This document shows positions 46,963 to 56,249 of a stretch of DNA of 64,000 nucleotides, one piece after another. Position 1 is the first letter of the stretch. Every line of letters begins with the position of its first letter. The notes below the pieces were generated by a model. The model saw only the letters and a list, made by a program, of their open reading frames with translations. It was not told the origin of the DNA and searched no databases. Source of the DNA: Cyanidioschyzon merolae (lineage: Eukaryota); the NCBI GenBank assembly GCA_000091205.1, contig AP006491.2. The stretch is one strand, 5' to 3'. Made by a program: the position numbers and the translations under genes.

Positions 46963-49131
46963 TTGCTGCGAATGATGACAAGCTCGCTAGGACTAGGATT
47001 TTCATTTGTATATCACCCTCCGCACAGTTTATATCAATGGGTAGATGAGCGGTCCTTAGTACGAACAGACACGCTGGCAGCGACGCGTACGTCACGGTTC
47101 GACGCTGGGCAGCACTGGCGAGCCAGTAGCGTACGCAAAACGAACTCGCGAAGCGTTCACTTGCTGTACAGATCTTTGACAGCGAACGCGAACTCAGCAA
47201 GCGCTGCAACCACGCACGTGCGGAGGGAGTCCTCGGTTTTCTGGAACTCGTGGCCTCGGCGGCGAAGCGTTTGTGGCAAGCCACCGGAGCAGCCTCGAGC
47301 GATTGCTGCTGTGTGGCTTTACGATGCGCCCGGAAACGAAGTCGAAAACCTCGCTGCACTTCAGTTGGCACTAGAATGTCACGGTTCGCGGCAGTTGCGG
47401 GTCTTCTGGATACGCACTGGCGCCTCACAACTGCGACAGGGACTGCGTTGGCGTCCCGCGGCACGCCAGCGTCACAGGGAGGCAGCTGACGCCGCCCTGA
47501 GGGCATTACTGTATTCTCAACACCACCTTTGCCTCGAAGTCATCGAGAACGATACGGATAAGCGCCAGCTCTTGGACGATGGTCAATTGTACCGAACGTT
47601 GCTCTTCAAGCTACGCATGCTCGCACCCCATTACCTCTATGTATCCGCGGGATGTCGGTTGCTCGTTGAGCGCGTTTTCCCATGGGGCAGCGGTATCCAG
47701 CACTGGCAACAGGTGATCCGGCAGCATGTCCGGGAGGCTTCCTGCTCGTGTTGGGTGATCTTCCCGCATGGAAACAAGTGCATATCTTCGCATATTTTCA
47801 TGCTCGGTGCCGGGCCCCTGGTGCCGGCGGCACCCAACTTGGTTCTCGAAGAGATCCAGGCCCGGGGTCAAGTGCGCATTTTCCGGGAACCCGACTGTTC
47901 TGAGAATGACCCTGCGGAGCAACCCTTCATCATGAGCGCCGACTCCAGTGAGCGGTCGCTGGTAGAGCGCCTGCGCAACTGGTTGATCCAGGTGTACCTT
48001 CCGCACGGCTACCCGCACACGGTAACGCAGGACTACCTGGCTTTCACTTTGTGGCGTCTGCTACAGAATACCGCGGCATCGGTGATGGGGGTCTTCTCCA
48101 CCGAGGCCCTTCTCCTGGGTCTCGGTCTCGGGAAAAACGTGTCTGGCACCGCCCAGGCTGTGCAGTGGATCCTCAAAGACGGTTTCGGTCACGCCGGAAA
48201 GATCGCCTACGCAGCCGTTGCCGGGAAGCAGTTCGACATGGATCCACGAAGCTGGCGAATCATGAGCGACCTCCTCGAAGATCTAGCCGGCGTTCTCGAG
48301 ATCATCACACCGATTTTCAGCGGTCAGTTCCTGGTCCTGGCATCTATTGCCACTACCATGAGAGCGATCGCTGCCATGACAGGAACGGCAACCCGTCATG
48401 CGATTTTCAAGAGCATGGCTTTGGCTGAAAATCAGGGTGACCTCGCTACCAAGGGGGAATCCCAGGGTGTTACCACCAAACTAATCGGGCTTGGCCTCGG
48501 TATTACCCTCAGCAAACGAATAGGCCAAGATTACACGAATCTCCTAATCGCGTATGGCATTGCAGCTGTTATTCACTTGGCTGCAAATTTCAAAGCCATG
48601 CAATGCGTCGAGTTCTCGACGCTCAACCGTCAACGAATGGCGCTTCTTCTGGACGCCTTCATGTCAGCGCGCGCGCAGACGTCTCGCCAGGCGTCCAGGC
48701 AACTGACACTCCCAACTCCACGAGAAATCTGTGCAAAGGAGCGCTTTATGATTCCACCTTGGCGGGACTACCGTCCTGAAATCGTTTTCGGAGCGAGTCT
48801 GCAAAGAGTCAAACACGCTCGACACTTTCTCCACTGCGCGGCACTGTATCGGAATGAGCGTTACATTATCTACGCTGAGCCTTCAACAAAGCATGTCTTG
48901 GTTTTCCTGCGGGACGGTGCAACCGTCAAGGACCAGCTCAAAGCTTTCATGAATGCGCAACGATACCTGCTGGATCGAGATGCCGAACGTGCGTACAACT
49001 TCACACAACGCGAATTCTCCACTTTCCTGCAGGCTACCGTCGCGAGCGGCTGGAGCACCAACGTTTCGCTGTTGAACCCCACATCGTACCGGATTCGTTA
49101 CCGTGGCGACAGGCACCTCGTACGCTCCTGA
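46963..49131 (+). CDS. RUS (root UV-B sensitive) / DUF647 family protein
   Basis: Has the conserved core LIQVYLPHGYPHTVTQDYLAFTLWRLLQNTAASVMGVFSTEALLLGLG ... ILKDGFGHAGKI.AYAAVAGKQFDMDPRSWRIMSDLLEDLAGVLEIITPIF, typical of DUF647 (C16orf58/RUS1 homologs). The track start is a TTG at 46963. Upstream of the domain are ~320 codons of GC-rich open frame of doubtful reality. ATG 47932 (MSADSSERSLVERL) gives a ~400-aa protein of the usual size. Confidence 0.8.
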   Translation: MLRMMTSSLGLGFSFVYHPPHSLYQWVDERSLVRTDTLAATRTSRFDAGQHWRASSVRKTNSRSVHLLYRSLTANANSASAATTHVRRESSVFWNSWPRRRSVCGKPPEQPRAIAAVWLYDAPGNEVENLAALQLALECHGSRQLRVFWIRTGASQLRQGLRWRPAARQRHREAADAALRALLYSQHHLCLEVIENDTDKRQLLDDGQLYRTLLFKLRMLAPHYLYVSAGCRLLVERVFPWGSGIQHWQQVIRQHVREASCSCWVIFPHGNKCISSHIFMLGAGPLVPAAPNLVLEEIQARGQVRIFREPDCSENDPAEQPFIMSADSSERSLVERLRNWLIQVYLPHGYPHTVTQDYLAFTLWRLLQNTAASVMGVFSTEALLLGLGLGKNVSGTAQAVQWILKDGFGHAGKIAYAAVAGKQFDMDPRSWRIMSDLLEDLAGVLEIITPIFSGQFLVLASIATTMRAIAAMTGTATRHAIFKSMALAENQGDLATKGESQGVTTKLIGLGLGITLSKRIGQDYTNLLIAYGIAAVIHLAANFKAMQCVEFSTLNRQRMALLLDAFMSARAQTSRQASRQLTLPTPREICAKERFMIPPWRDYRPEIVFGASLQRVKHARHFLHCAALYRNERYIIYAEPSTKHVLVFLRDGATVKDQLKAFMNAQRYLLDRDAERAYNFTQREFSTFLQATVASGWSTNVSLLNPTSYRIRYRGDRHLVRS

Positions 49132-49300
49132 TCAAAGTGCGACGCGCTTTCTCTGCTATTGAAAGATGCAGTCGATAATTCCTGATGCAGCAAATGCGGC
49201 TACGGTAGCCGCTGATGAAAAAACGGTTCCAGAGTCGAATGACGTGCTTTCGCGGAAGCGCAGCACCGCTGTCTCTGGGTGCCGTTCCCCTGGTACGGCA

Positions 49301-49855
49301 TTAGACGGGCGCTTGACCGCTGTCTCTGGGTGCAGTCTCCGCAGAAGCCCTCTGTCCGGGGTGTTGCTCGGGTTCGGCAGCCGGCTGCAGCGGTTTCAAG
49401 TCTAACACTCGTTGCGACCAGTGCGTCTGCCAGTCTTCGATACTGAGTCGCACCTCCGCCGCCAGGTGTGAGTTCGGAAGTCGCAAGATACGCTCCAAGC
49501 AGCTGGGCACCGTGCTCAGCGCTCCAGCGTAGCCGCTCACCCCAGCAGTGGCGACAATAGCGAGCACCCGCAACCAGGCTGGAACGCGCGCACGCCAACT
49601 ATCCTGGAAAAAGCGTGTCGAGCCAGGACGAGCCCGCCATGGTAAACCGTAGAGCACCAGACTAGAGAGCAGTGCGCCGCCGACAAGTGCCCCTGTTCCT
49701 CGAAGAGCTGCCTGTCGTGCGCAGTCCCGAAGCACCAGCTGCTCATCCGGACGCATGCTGGACCAGTTCAGCACCAGCGACTCTGATTTTCGGCCTGTGT
49801 TAGCTTTCTGCCGTCTGGTATCAGGGGTCTCAGCTCGAGGCTGCTCAGTTGTCAT
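49301..49855 (-). CDS. hypothetical small membrane protein (184 aa), weakly HIG1-domain-like
   Basis: ATG start. Has two predicted helices (LRGTGALVGGALLSSLVLYGL and VPAWLRVLAIVATAGVSGYAG) separated by an Arg-rich loop. The pattern loosely recalls the HIG1/Rcf1 fold. The region is GC-rich and overlapped by other frames, so it could be a spurious ORF. Confidence 0.3.
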   Translation of the reverse strand: MTTEQPRAETPDTRRQKANTGRKSESLVLNWSSMRPDEQLVLRDCARQAALRGTGALVGGALLSSLVLYGLPWRARPGSTRFFQDSWRARVPAWLRVLAIVATAGVSGYAGALSTVPSCLERILRLPNSHLAAEVRLSIEDWQTHWSQRVLDLKPLQPAAEPEQHPGQRASAETAPRDSGQAPV

Positions 49856-50613
49856 TGGGGGTTTTCATCAAAAGAAGCAGCAACAGGAGCAGCGGCGACG
49901 AGCGCAGCCCCGTGCCTTGAACGCACGTGCCTGCGCTGGATGGACAAACCTCGTTTCCTCGTTGCGACGAGAGGTCGCCATACAGCACTGCATTGAACGG
50001 GAGAATATCGGGTGCGTATGCGTAGAAACATCGACTGACGACTCTGTGCGATAGTGTTCAACCCAAATCCTTTAGTGAAACGTCAACAACTGAGATTCTG
50101 CTAAATGTGCTCCATTTCCGTAAGCGACGTACGTTGCGTCGCTCGAACTCCAGCCGCAGCTAACGCTCACCATTGCTGCTACAGGCTGTGAACGAGGTGA
50201 CCACTGTTGAAGCTGTCGTGGCTCACGCTTCTCTACTGCCTTTTCCTGCTGCTTTGAACAGCTTTTCCGACGGAAACTAAACAGAAACTCGGAGACTTGT
50301 TCCAGTCCGTGAACCTGTTTGCATCTGTAGCAAAGGCCTGGCGTCCTCAAGCGTGAAAGCATCCGGCGCGCTTGCCACAGTGGCGACACGTCACGCTTCA
50401 ACAACGGGTATTGTAACGCTTTCCATGTGTTATTGAAGCTCCAGTCTGGCGGCTGCACACGGCCGATGCACTCCCTCCGAGTCGTATGCGAAAACGCGGC
50501 ATCGAGCGATCCCTCCCCAGAGAAGAGCAACGACGCTCGGTACTACCAGGAGAGCGTGCCCACTGAATTCGATGTGCATCGGCTCTGGATGACCCTGTCC
50601 AGCGGGTTTCTAC

Positions 50614-51378
50614 CTAACCACGAGTTGAAGACCGGACACAAATGGAGCCCAATTCGTTCCCGAATTCACTGTAGACGGCAACAGGTCTTCGCGCGGCCCG
50701 GATTTCATCGATAGCGGCTTTGTAGTCCTTGGCACCAAACACTGCTGAACTGGCTACCAGGGCGTTCGCACCCGCCTCGACAACACGCCAGGCGTTGGAG
50801 CCCTTCACGCCGCCGTCGACCTCGAGCCAGAGATCATGCTTGCCGAGGCGATCAGCCATCTTCCGTATCTCGGTGATTTTCGGCAACACCTCGTCAATAA
50901 ATGCTTGCCCGCCGTACCCCGGATTTACGCTCATCACCAGCACCAGGTCCACGATAGGTAGGACGTACTCAATTGCCATTGGTGGCGTGGCCGGGTTCAG
51001 AACGACACCGGCACGACACCCGAGGCTTCGAATCATCTGCAGCGTTCGATGCAGGTGGATCGTCGACTCGCCCTCGCAATGCACGCTGATGATGTCAGCG
51101 CCTGCTTTGGCAAAGGCGGGGATGTGTTGGTCTGGATTCACGACCATCAAGTGAACGTCAAGCGGCCGCTGTGTAACCGGACGCAGCGCCTCCACGACGC
51201 CTGCGCCGATGGTTATTGGCGGTACAAAGTGCCCGTCCATAACGTCAACATGTATCCAGTCTGCACCGAAACGGTCTACGGCGCTTACCTCTTCACCGAG
51301 TCGGGCAAAGTTTGCCGACAGAGTGGAAGGTGCAACCACAACTTGCCCCGGTTTGGGCGTGGGGTACCCTTTCCACAC
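50614..51378 (-). CDS. RPE: ribulose-phosphate 3-epimerase (start codon unresolved)
   Basis: [19 protein letters not shown]...[14 protein letters not shown]...VHLMV...[18 protein letters not shown]...LEVDGGV all match RPE. The track start at 51378 is GTG. Reading upstream reaches a TAG at 51439-51441 with no in-frame ATG anywhere before the conserved N-terminal strand. The real initiator is therefore in an upstream exon or is non-AUG. Confidence 0.88.
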   Translation of the reverse strand: MWKGYPTPKPGQVVVAPSTLSANFARLGEEVSAVDRFGADWIHVDVMDGHFVPPITIGAGVVEALRPVTQRPLDVHLMVVNPDQHIPAFAKAGADIISVHCEGESTIHLHRTLQMIRSLGCRAGVVLNPATPPMAIEYVLPIVDLVLVMSVNPGYGGQAFIDEVLPKITEIRKMADRLGKHDLWLEVDGGVKGSNAWRVVEAGANALVASSAVFGAKDYKAAIDEIRAARRPVAVYSEFGNELGSICVRSSTRG

Positions 51379-52139
51379 CCATGCGCAGGGGACGACCCTT
51401 TGCTGTGCTGCTGCGCGGTTTTGGTCCCCGCCTGCACGCTACCGTCTCTTACGTCCAGACATTTGCTTGCGCTCGAGAGCACTGTGAACCAGTTACTATA
51501 AACGCGCACATGGAACGAGTTCCAAGCGCCGGTGCAGCTCGCCTTGTCGTAGACACAGATGAGCGCTGGAGCGTACAGCGCTCGGTGGTACCTAGCGGCG
51601 TCGGTGGCGGCGGTGATGAAGCGTCTGAGACAGGCGTCGATGGCCGTCCAGTGACGGGTGTCAAATTTGATCTAAAACTGGAATGAGTGTTCAAGATTCA
51701 AAGGTTGCCGTTGCGGCAGCGGTGCCAGGCTGCTCTCTCGCAGGGATACTATTTACGTAGCTACGATCAATATCCAGAGCTGCATCTAGGATGCCTCCGA
51801 ACAGGCTCGCTTTGATCATATGTGGACCGTTTCGACGGGAACGCTTTCGACAGCACCACACGGACCTGGAAGGTCGTTCACCTATCTGTTGAGAAAAAGC
51901 GCATATACGGCACATGAACTGGCTGGTCCACGGACACGTCAGTGACAACTCATTTTCGCAATGCGTTGTGATATATCGAGTGAACCGTCGGAAAAACGTC
52001 TTTACCACTGAACGAGTTGAGTATACCTGACTAGCGGCGCGCGTGAAGGACACACTCGATTCCTTTTCGTTGGACGAAACGTTGACCCACAGAGCAGCAA
52101 TCCCTGAGAGCGTGCTCGGTAACCGCGCGTTGTGGGGTT

Positions 52140-52730
52140 TCCATCGTTCCGCGCCCTCCTCGCAAGTTCCGCTTCCCATACGTTCCCTCGGAGGTACCGA
52201 TTATTTTCAAGTTCGACCGTGTGCCGACTGCCCGTCGCGAGCGTCCGCGATAGCGCCTATAGCGGCGGCGCGGTCGTAGCATAGACAGAGAGAACCGACA
52301 TGCCATACCAGAGAGCGCATCGACTCGAGGAATGTCACGGCTGAGTCACGGTCGAGGTTCATGATCATTCTGGGAGCCTGCAAGCTGCGCTGGCAGACCT
52401 ACTGCCTGCGACAGCGCGAATCGATATCCTAGGAGTCCACTGCGACCAGGGCGACGCCCAGATGCAGCTTAACTGTCCCTAGTCCCAGAATGAATTGCTT
52501 TGTGGACGAGTAGCACAGGTTTCTTTCAAGAACGCGCCGCTGGGAGGGGCATGAAGCACGAGCCTGGCAGACTCGTTCGGCTCGCGCTACTTTCCGCCTA
52601 GACGTTAAACTTTCGGAAATACGGAAAAAATTTTCCCCTTTTAATGTTTAATGTAGACGGGGAAAGAAATCGATAGCTCGTTGCTCGTGACTCGTGAGTC
52701 TCTTTCCTTTTTTTTCTAAATAGCGCGGTT
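52140..52730 (+). repeat. dispersed repeat family R3, copy F (immediately 5' of the Fanzor-like element)
   Basis: See the R3 copy E evidence. Confidence 0.55.
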
Positions 52731-53355
52731 GAGACGCGCAATTCAGAGATCTGGCAGTCATGAGATATGACGCGCTTGTCGCCGTTGAAGGGAGACACGA
52801 TCCAAACCTTTATGATCCAGCAGTAAAGTAAAAGTTCTATTTCCGTTGAAGTCGTAGCAAACTGCAGTTTTCAGTTGAATCGTGTTTCAACCCTCAAATA
52901 AGTGTATTCAAGTCCTTTTTCGCGGTTTATAGGAGAAGCGTTCAAAGAGCGCCCTTTTTCAAAAAAAATAAAAAAGGAAATGTTATCAAAAACCAAGTCG
53001 ACGATCCTGGAGGCCAAGTGTCGCTGGCTGCCAGAAAAAACAAAAAACAGTACCGAGTCCAGAAGAAAAGAAAGAGAAGAAGGACCGAAAGGAGGGAGGT
53101 CCTACGTCGAAGGCTGCAAGAAAGACCACACTACAACGAACTGGTTATGAAAGCCTGTCTTCTTGAACAGATCAAGGTTCCGTGCAAGAAAAAGTTACGA
53201 GAGTCCATTCGAAACCGTTTTGAGCCGAACTCCATGACTATAATACAGGTGTCGTCAGGACTAATGCATTTGGCGGGGGAGATGTATCGCGAAGTGACGC
53301 ACATGGAAACGGTCCAGCTTCCGAACGAGTTTTCGACGAGACCTTTATTCGTCAC

Positions 53356-56133
53356 ATGACGATTGGTACAGCGGAAGCGCGGAGGGAAAATGAACGCGTG
53401 CACGTCCTGCACGAAAAACACCTCTTTTACAGCTTCGAGGGTACTCGGTATACAGGTGACGCGGATATTTACATGTACGGGGCGATGAAGTACCTGACGA
53501 ACCTGAAGAACCATGTGACGATGAACCTCGAACGTTTCATGATACGCGCCGTGTTTGCGCTGTACCCGGGAATCTCACGCAAGGGGATATGGGCGATTAT
53601 CAATGGCGCCACGAACGATCGCAGGCATGAAGATGAGGTCGAATTTGTCGAGAAGAAGGCGTCAAACGAGAGCACGAATGAAGCTTCTGTAATCCGTGCG
53701 GCTATGCAAGAGCACGGCGCAGTCATGGGGCTACCGAATCCAACAGAAAAGATGTCAGAGTTAAAAAAAGATAAGGAAAGGTACTATCGCCTCATCCTGC
53801 GCTATTTTGTGTTTCTGAATCGTGAACTCGAACGCAAGGCGGAGATGAAGCTGAGTGAAGAGACAAATGAAGAGTGGGAGAGACGGAAGGCTTTCCTAAT
53901 GGGGAAGCAGTTAAACGTGGTTCCGTTGTGCAACATCAAGTAGTATTTTGTGAGTATCGATTCAGGCGTCCTTTACGGCATCATGAAGGAGATCAGTCCG
54001 GGGTTCAATGTTAGCAGGGAGGACTTCATCGGTGAAAACCGGGAGACGTACTGGAAGAGTATCTTCGATTTCAAACGTCTCAAAGTCAGCAAACAAAAGT
54101 TATTCACTGGGATGATCGAAACCGATGGCGTAGCCATGTGTGCACACTATCGGCGGTTGAAGAAAGAGTGTCCAGTTCCACCCTCGGCTGCACCCGTGAC
54201 GAAGGATGAAGAAAACAAAGAAGAGGATCCTGCGATGCAGGAGGTGGAGGATAACGACTTTGTCGTTGACATTACGAAGGATGAAGATGAGAAGACGGCG
54301 GATCCTGCGACGCAGGAGGTGCAGGATAACGGCTTTATCATTGGCGCGGCGAAGCATGAAGAAAACAAAGAAGAGGATCCTGCGACTCAGGAGGTAGAGA
54401 ATAACGACCTTGTTGTTGACATTACGAAGGATGAAGATGAGAAGACGGCGGATCCTGCGACGCAGGAGGTGCAGGATAACGGCTTTATCATTGGCGCGGC
54501 GAAGCATGAAGAAAACAAAGAAGAGGATCCTGCGACTCAGGAGGTAGAGAATAACGACCTTGTTGTTGACATTACGAAGGATGAAGATGAGAAGACGGCG
54601 GATCCTGCGACGCAGGAGGTGCAGGATAACGGCTTTATCATTGGCGCGGCGAAGCATGAAGAAAACAAAGAAGAGGATCCTGCGACTCAGGAGGTAGAGA
54701 ATAACGACCTTGTTGTTGACATTACGAAGGATGAAGATGAGAAGACGGCGGATCCTGCGACGCAGGAGGTGCAGGATAACGGCTTTATCATTGGCGCGGC
54801 GAAGCATGAAGAAAACAAAGAAGAGGATCCTGCGACTCAGGAGGTAGAGAATAACGACCTTGTTGTTGACATTACGAAGGATGAAGATGAGAAGACGGCG
54901 GATCCTGTGATGCAGGAGGTGCAAGATAACGACCTTGTCGTTGACGCGACGAAGCATGAAGAAAACAAAGAAGAGGATCCTGCGACTCAGGAGGTAGAGA
55001 ATAACGACCTTGTTGTTGACATTACGAAGGATGAAGATGAGAAGACGGCGGATCCTGTGATGCAGGAGGTGCAAGATAACGACCTTGTCGTTGACGCGAC
55101 GAAGCATTAAGAAAACAAGAAGGCGGATCCTGCGATGCAGAATGTGCAGGATAACGACTTTGTCGTTGGCGCGGACCCTGGGAATACGAATATCATAACC
55201 ATCGCTGTACCCAAGCGTGCGGAAGATGGTACTGAAGGTAATTTACGTCAGAAAGACATGCGTCTTTTGAGATTCTCGAGGGCAAGATATTACCGAGAAT
55301 CCGGTATAATGAATGCGAGGAAGAAAATCGAGACTTGGAATTCAGGAATGAAAGAGCGCCTGGAAGCTTTGAGCGAGGTGACGAGCCGCGGAGCGGATTA
55401 TGAAGCTTTTCGGAGATTCATGGAAGTTCGTGTTGCCCATTGGGATGCGCTGTGGAAGGAGTATACAAAGCCCAGTTGGGCTCGTCTGCGAATGAATCTG
55501 TACGGTGTGAAGCAGCGGGCGTTTGCGAATTTTTTCAATCAGTTGAGCGCCCTGAAGGAGGATGAAAGTCAGAGGCTCGTAGTAGCATACGGAGCAGGGC
55601 GATGGAAGACCCAAAAAGGGACTACGCCAGCTCCAACGACAAGAACGTATAAGGAGTGCGCACGGCGTTTTGCCTCGATACCTATAGACGAGTTTCAAAC
55701 ATCGTATACACACCATGAACTGAGGTGCACACTCCAGAGGGCCGAGATGGAAAAGTGCCAGACGAACCCTGAGGATATGAAAAAGTACGGACCGCTGACG
55801 GAAGAGCAAATGGAAAGGAGGACGAAAGTTCGAAGATTATTTGTATTAGTAAGTACAACCGATGACGGCAAGAAACGCATGGAATTCGTGAACCGTGACT
55901 TTAACGCCGTTATCAATCTAAGGAGATGTGCGGTGCTGGAGAAAAGATCTCCAGATTCGACAAGAGGGAACTTTGTTGGACAACCTATCCAAGTCGAACT
56001 ATATGAGAAAAAGTTGGAAGCAGTAGTGAGTGGCTGGTCCATAGAGACGGGGAGGCGTCTGTACGTCAGTTGGAGACTTCTTGTCAAGGGCGGGTTTCTC
56101 GCCACTACTGTACACTGCTGTCGTTCGACTTAG
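53356..56133 (+). pseudogene. Fanzor/TnpB-like RNA-guided RuvC endonuclease gene (~920 codons in one frame) interrupted by two in-frame stops (TAG 53941, TAA 55108)
   Basis: Three consecutive track ORFs (53356..53943, 53950..55110, 55135..56133) are all in the same frame, each separated by a single stop. The last carries RuvC-I VGADPGNTNIITIAV (GxDPGxxN), the hallmark IPIDEFQTSYTHHELRC (vdEyyTSkxC, the RuvC-II region / start of a degenerate zinc ribbon) and RuvC-III EFVNRDFNAVINLRR (RDxNAAxNI). The TAA sits exactly where sister repeat units have GAA (..KHEENKEEDPA.. versus ..KH*ENKKADPA..), so it is a point nonsense mutation. Confidence 0.65.
54200..55180 (+). repeat. 150-bp tandem repeat x~6.5 inside the Fanzor-like ORF (50-aa acidic repeat)
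   Basis: attacgaaggatgaagatgagaagacggcg recurs at 54271, 54421, 54571, 54721, 54871 and 55021. The unit encodes TKDEDEKTADPATQEVQDNGFIIGAAKHEENKEEDPATQEVENNDLVVDI. The last unit runs directly into the RuvC-I strand QDNDFVVGADPG, so the array is a serial duplication of the segment just upstream of, and including the start of, RuvC-I. Confidence 0.85.
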
Positions 56134-56249
56134 AACGGCGGTGGTGGCTTGTCCATTAGCACGCGTCAACGCAGACTTAGGTGCCCGACGCTTCTTGGAT
56201 ACGCGCGCCGCCTGTAATGAACTGAGGAAACACCAGCAGCACTGGCGTC

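Noticed and set aside
46963-47931. The 320-codon N-terminal extension of the RUS/DUF647 ORF
   Set aside because: It starts at a TTG and has Arg/Ala-rich GC-driven composition. It is overlapped by a 191-codon ORF on the other strand. It probably is not translated, and the gene likely starts at ATG 47932. I kept the full ORF coordinates but flagged it.
53935-53970. Possible tiny intron (gtagta...ttcag, 26 nt) or GTGAGT donor that would splice out the TAG at 53941
   Set aside because: 26 nt is not a multiple of 3 and splicing it leads to a stop 16 codons later. The GTGAGT lies downstream of the stop. The nonsense-mutation explanation fits better, as it is demonstrably the case for the second stop.
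54100-55107. 335-aa minus-strand ORF of LRRVNDKVVILHLLHHRIRRLLIFILRNVNNKVVILYLL repeats
   Set aside because: Antisense of the 150-bp tandem array inside the Fanzor-like ORF. The sense strand carries the RuvC-linked reading frame.
53941-55110. Idea that UAG/UAA are reassigned sense codons in this organism (which would make the Fanzor-like ORF intact)
   Set aside because: Rae1 and mucin B terminate with TAA, and the first ABCG gene terminates with TAG, at positions matching protein-family C-termini. Both codons therefore function as stops here.
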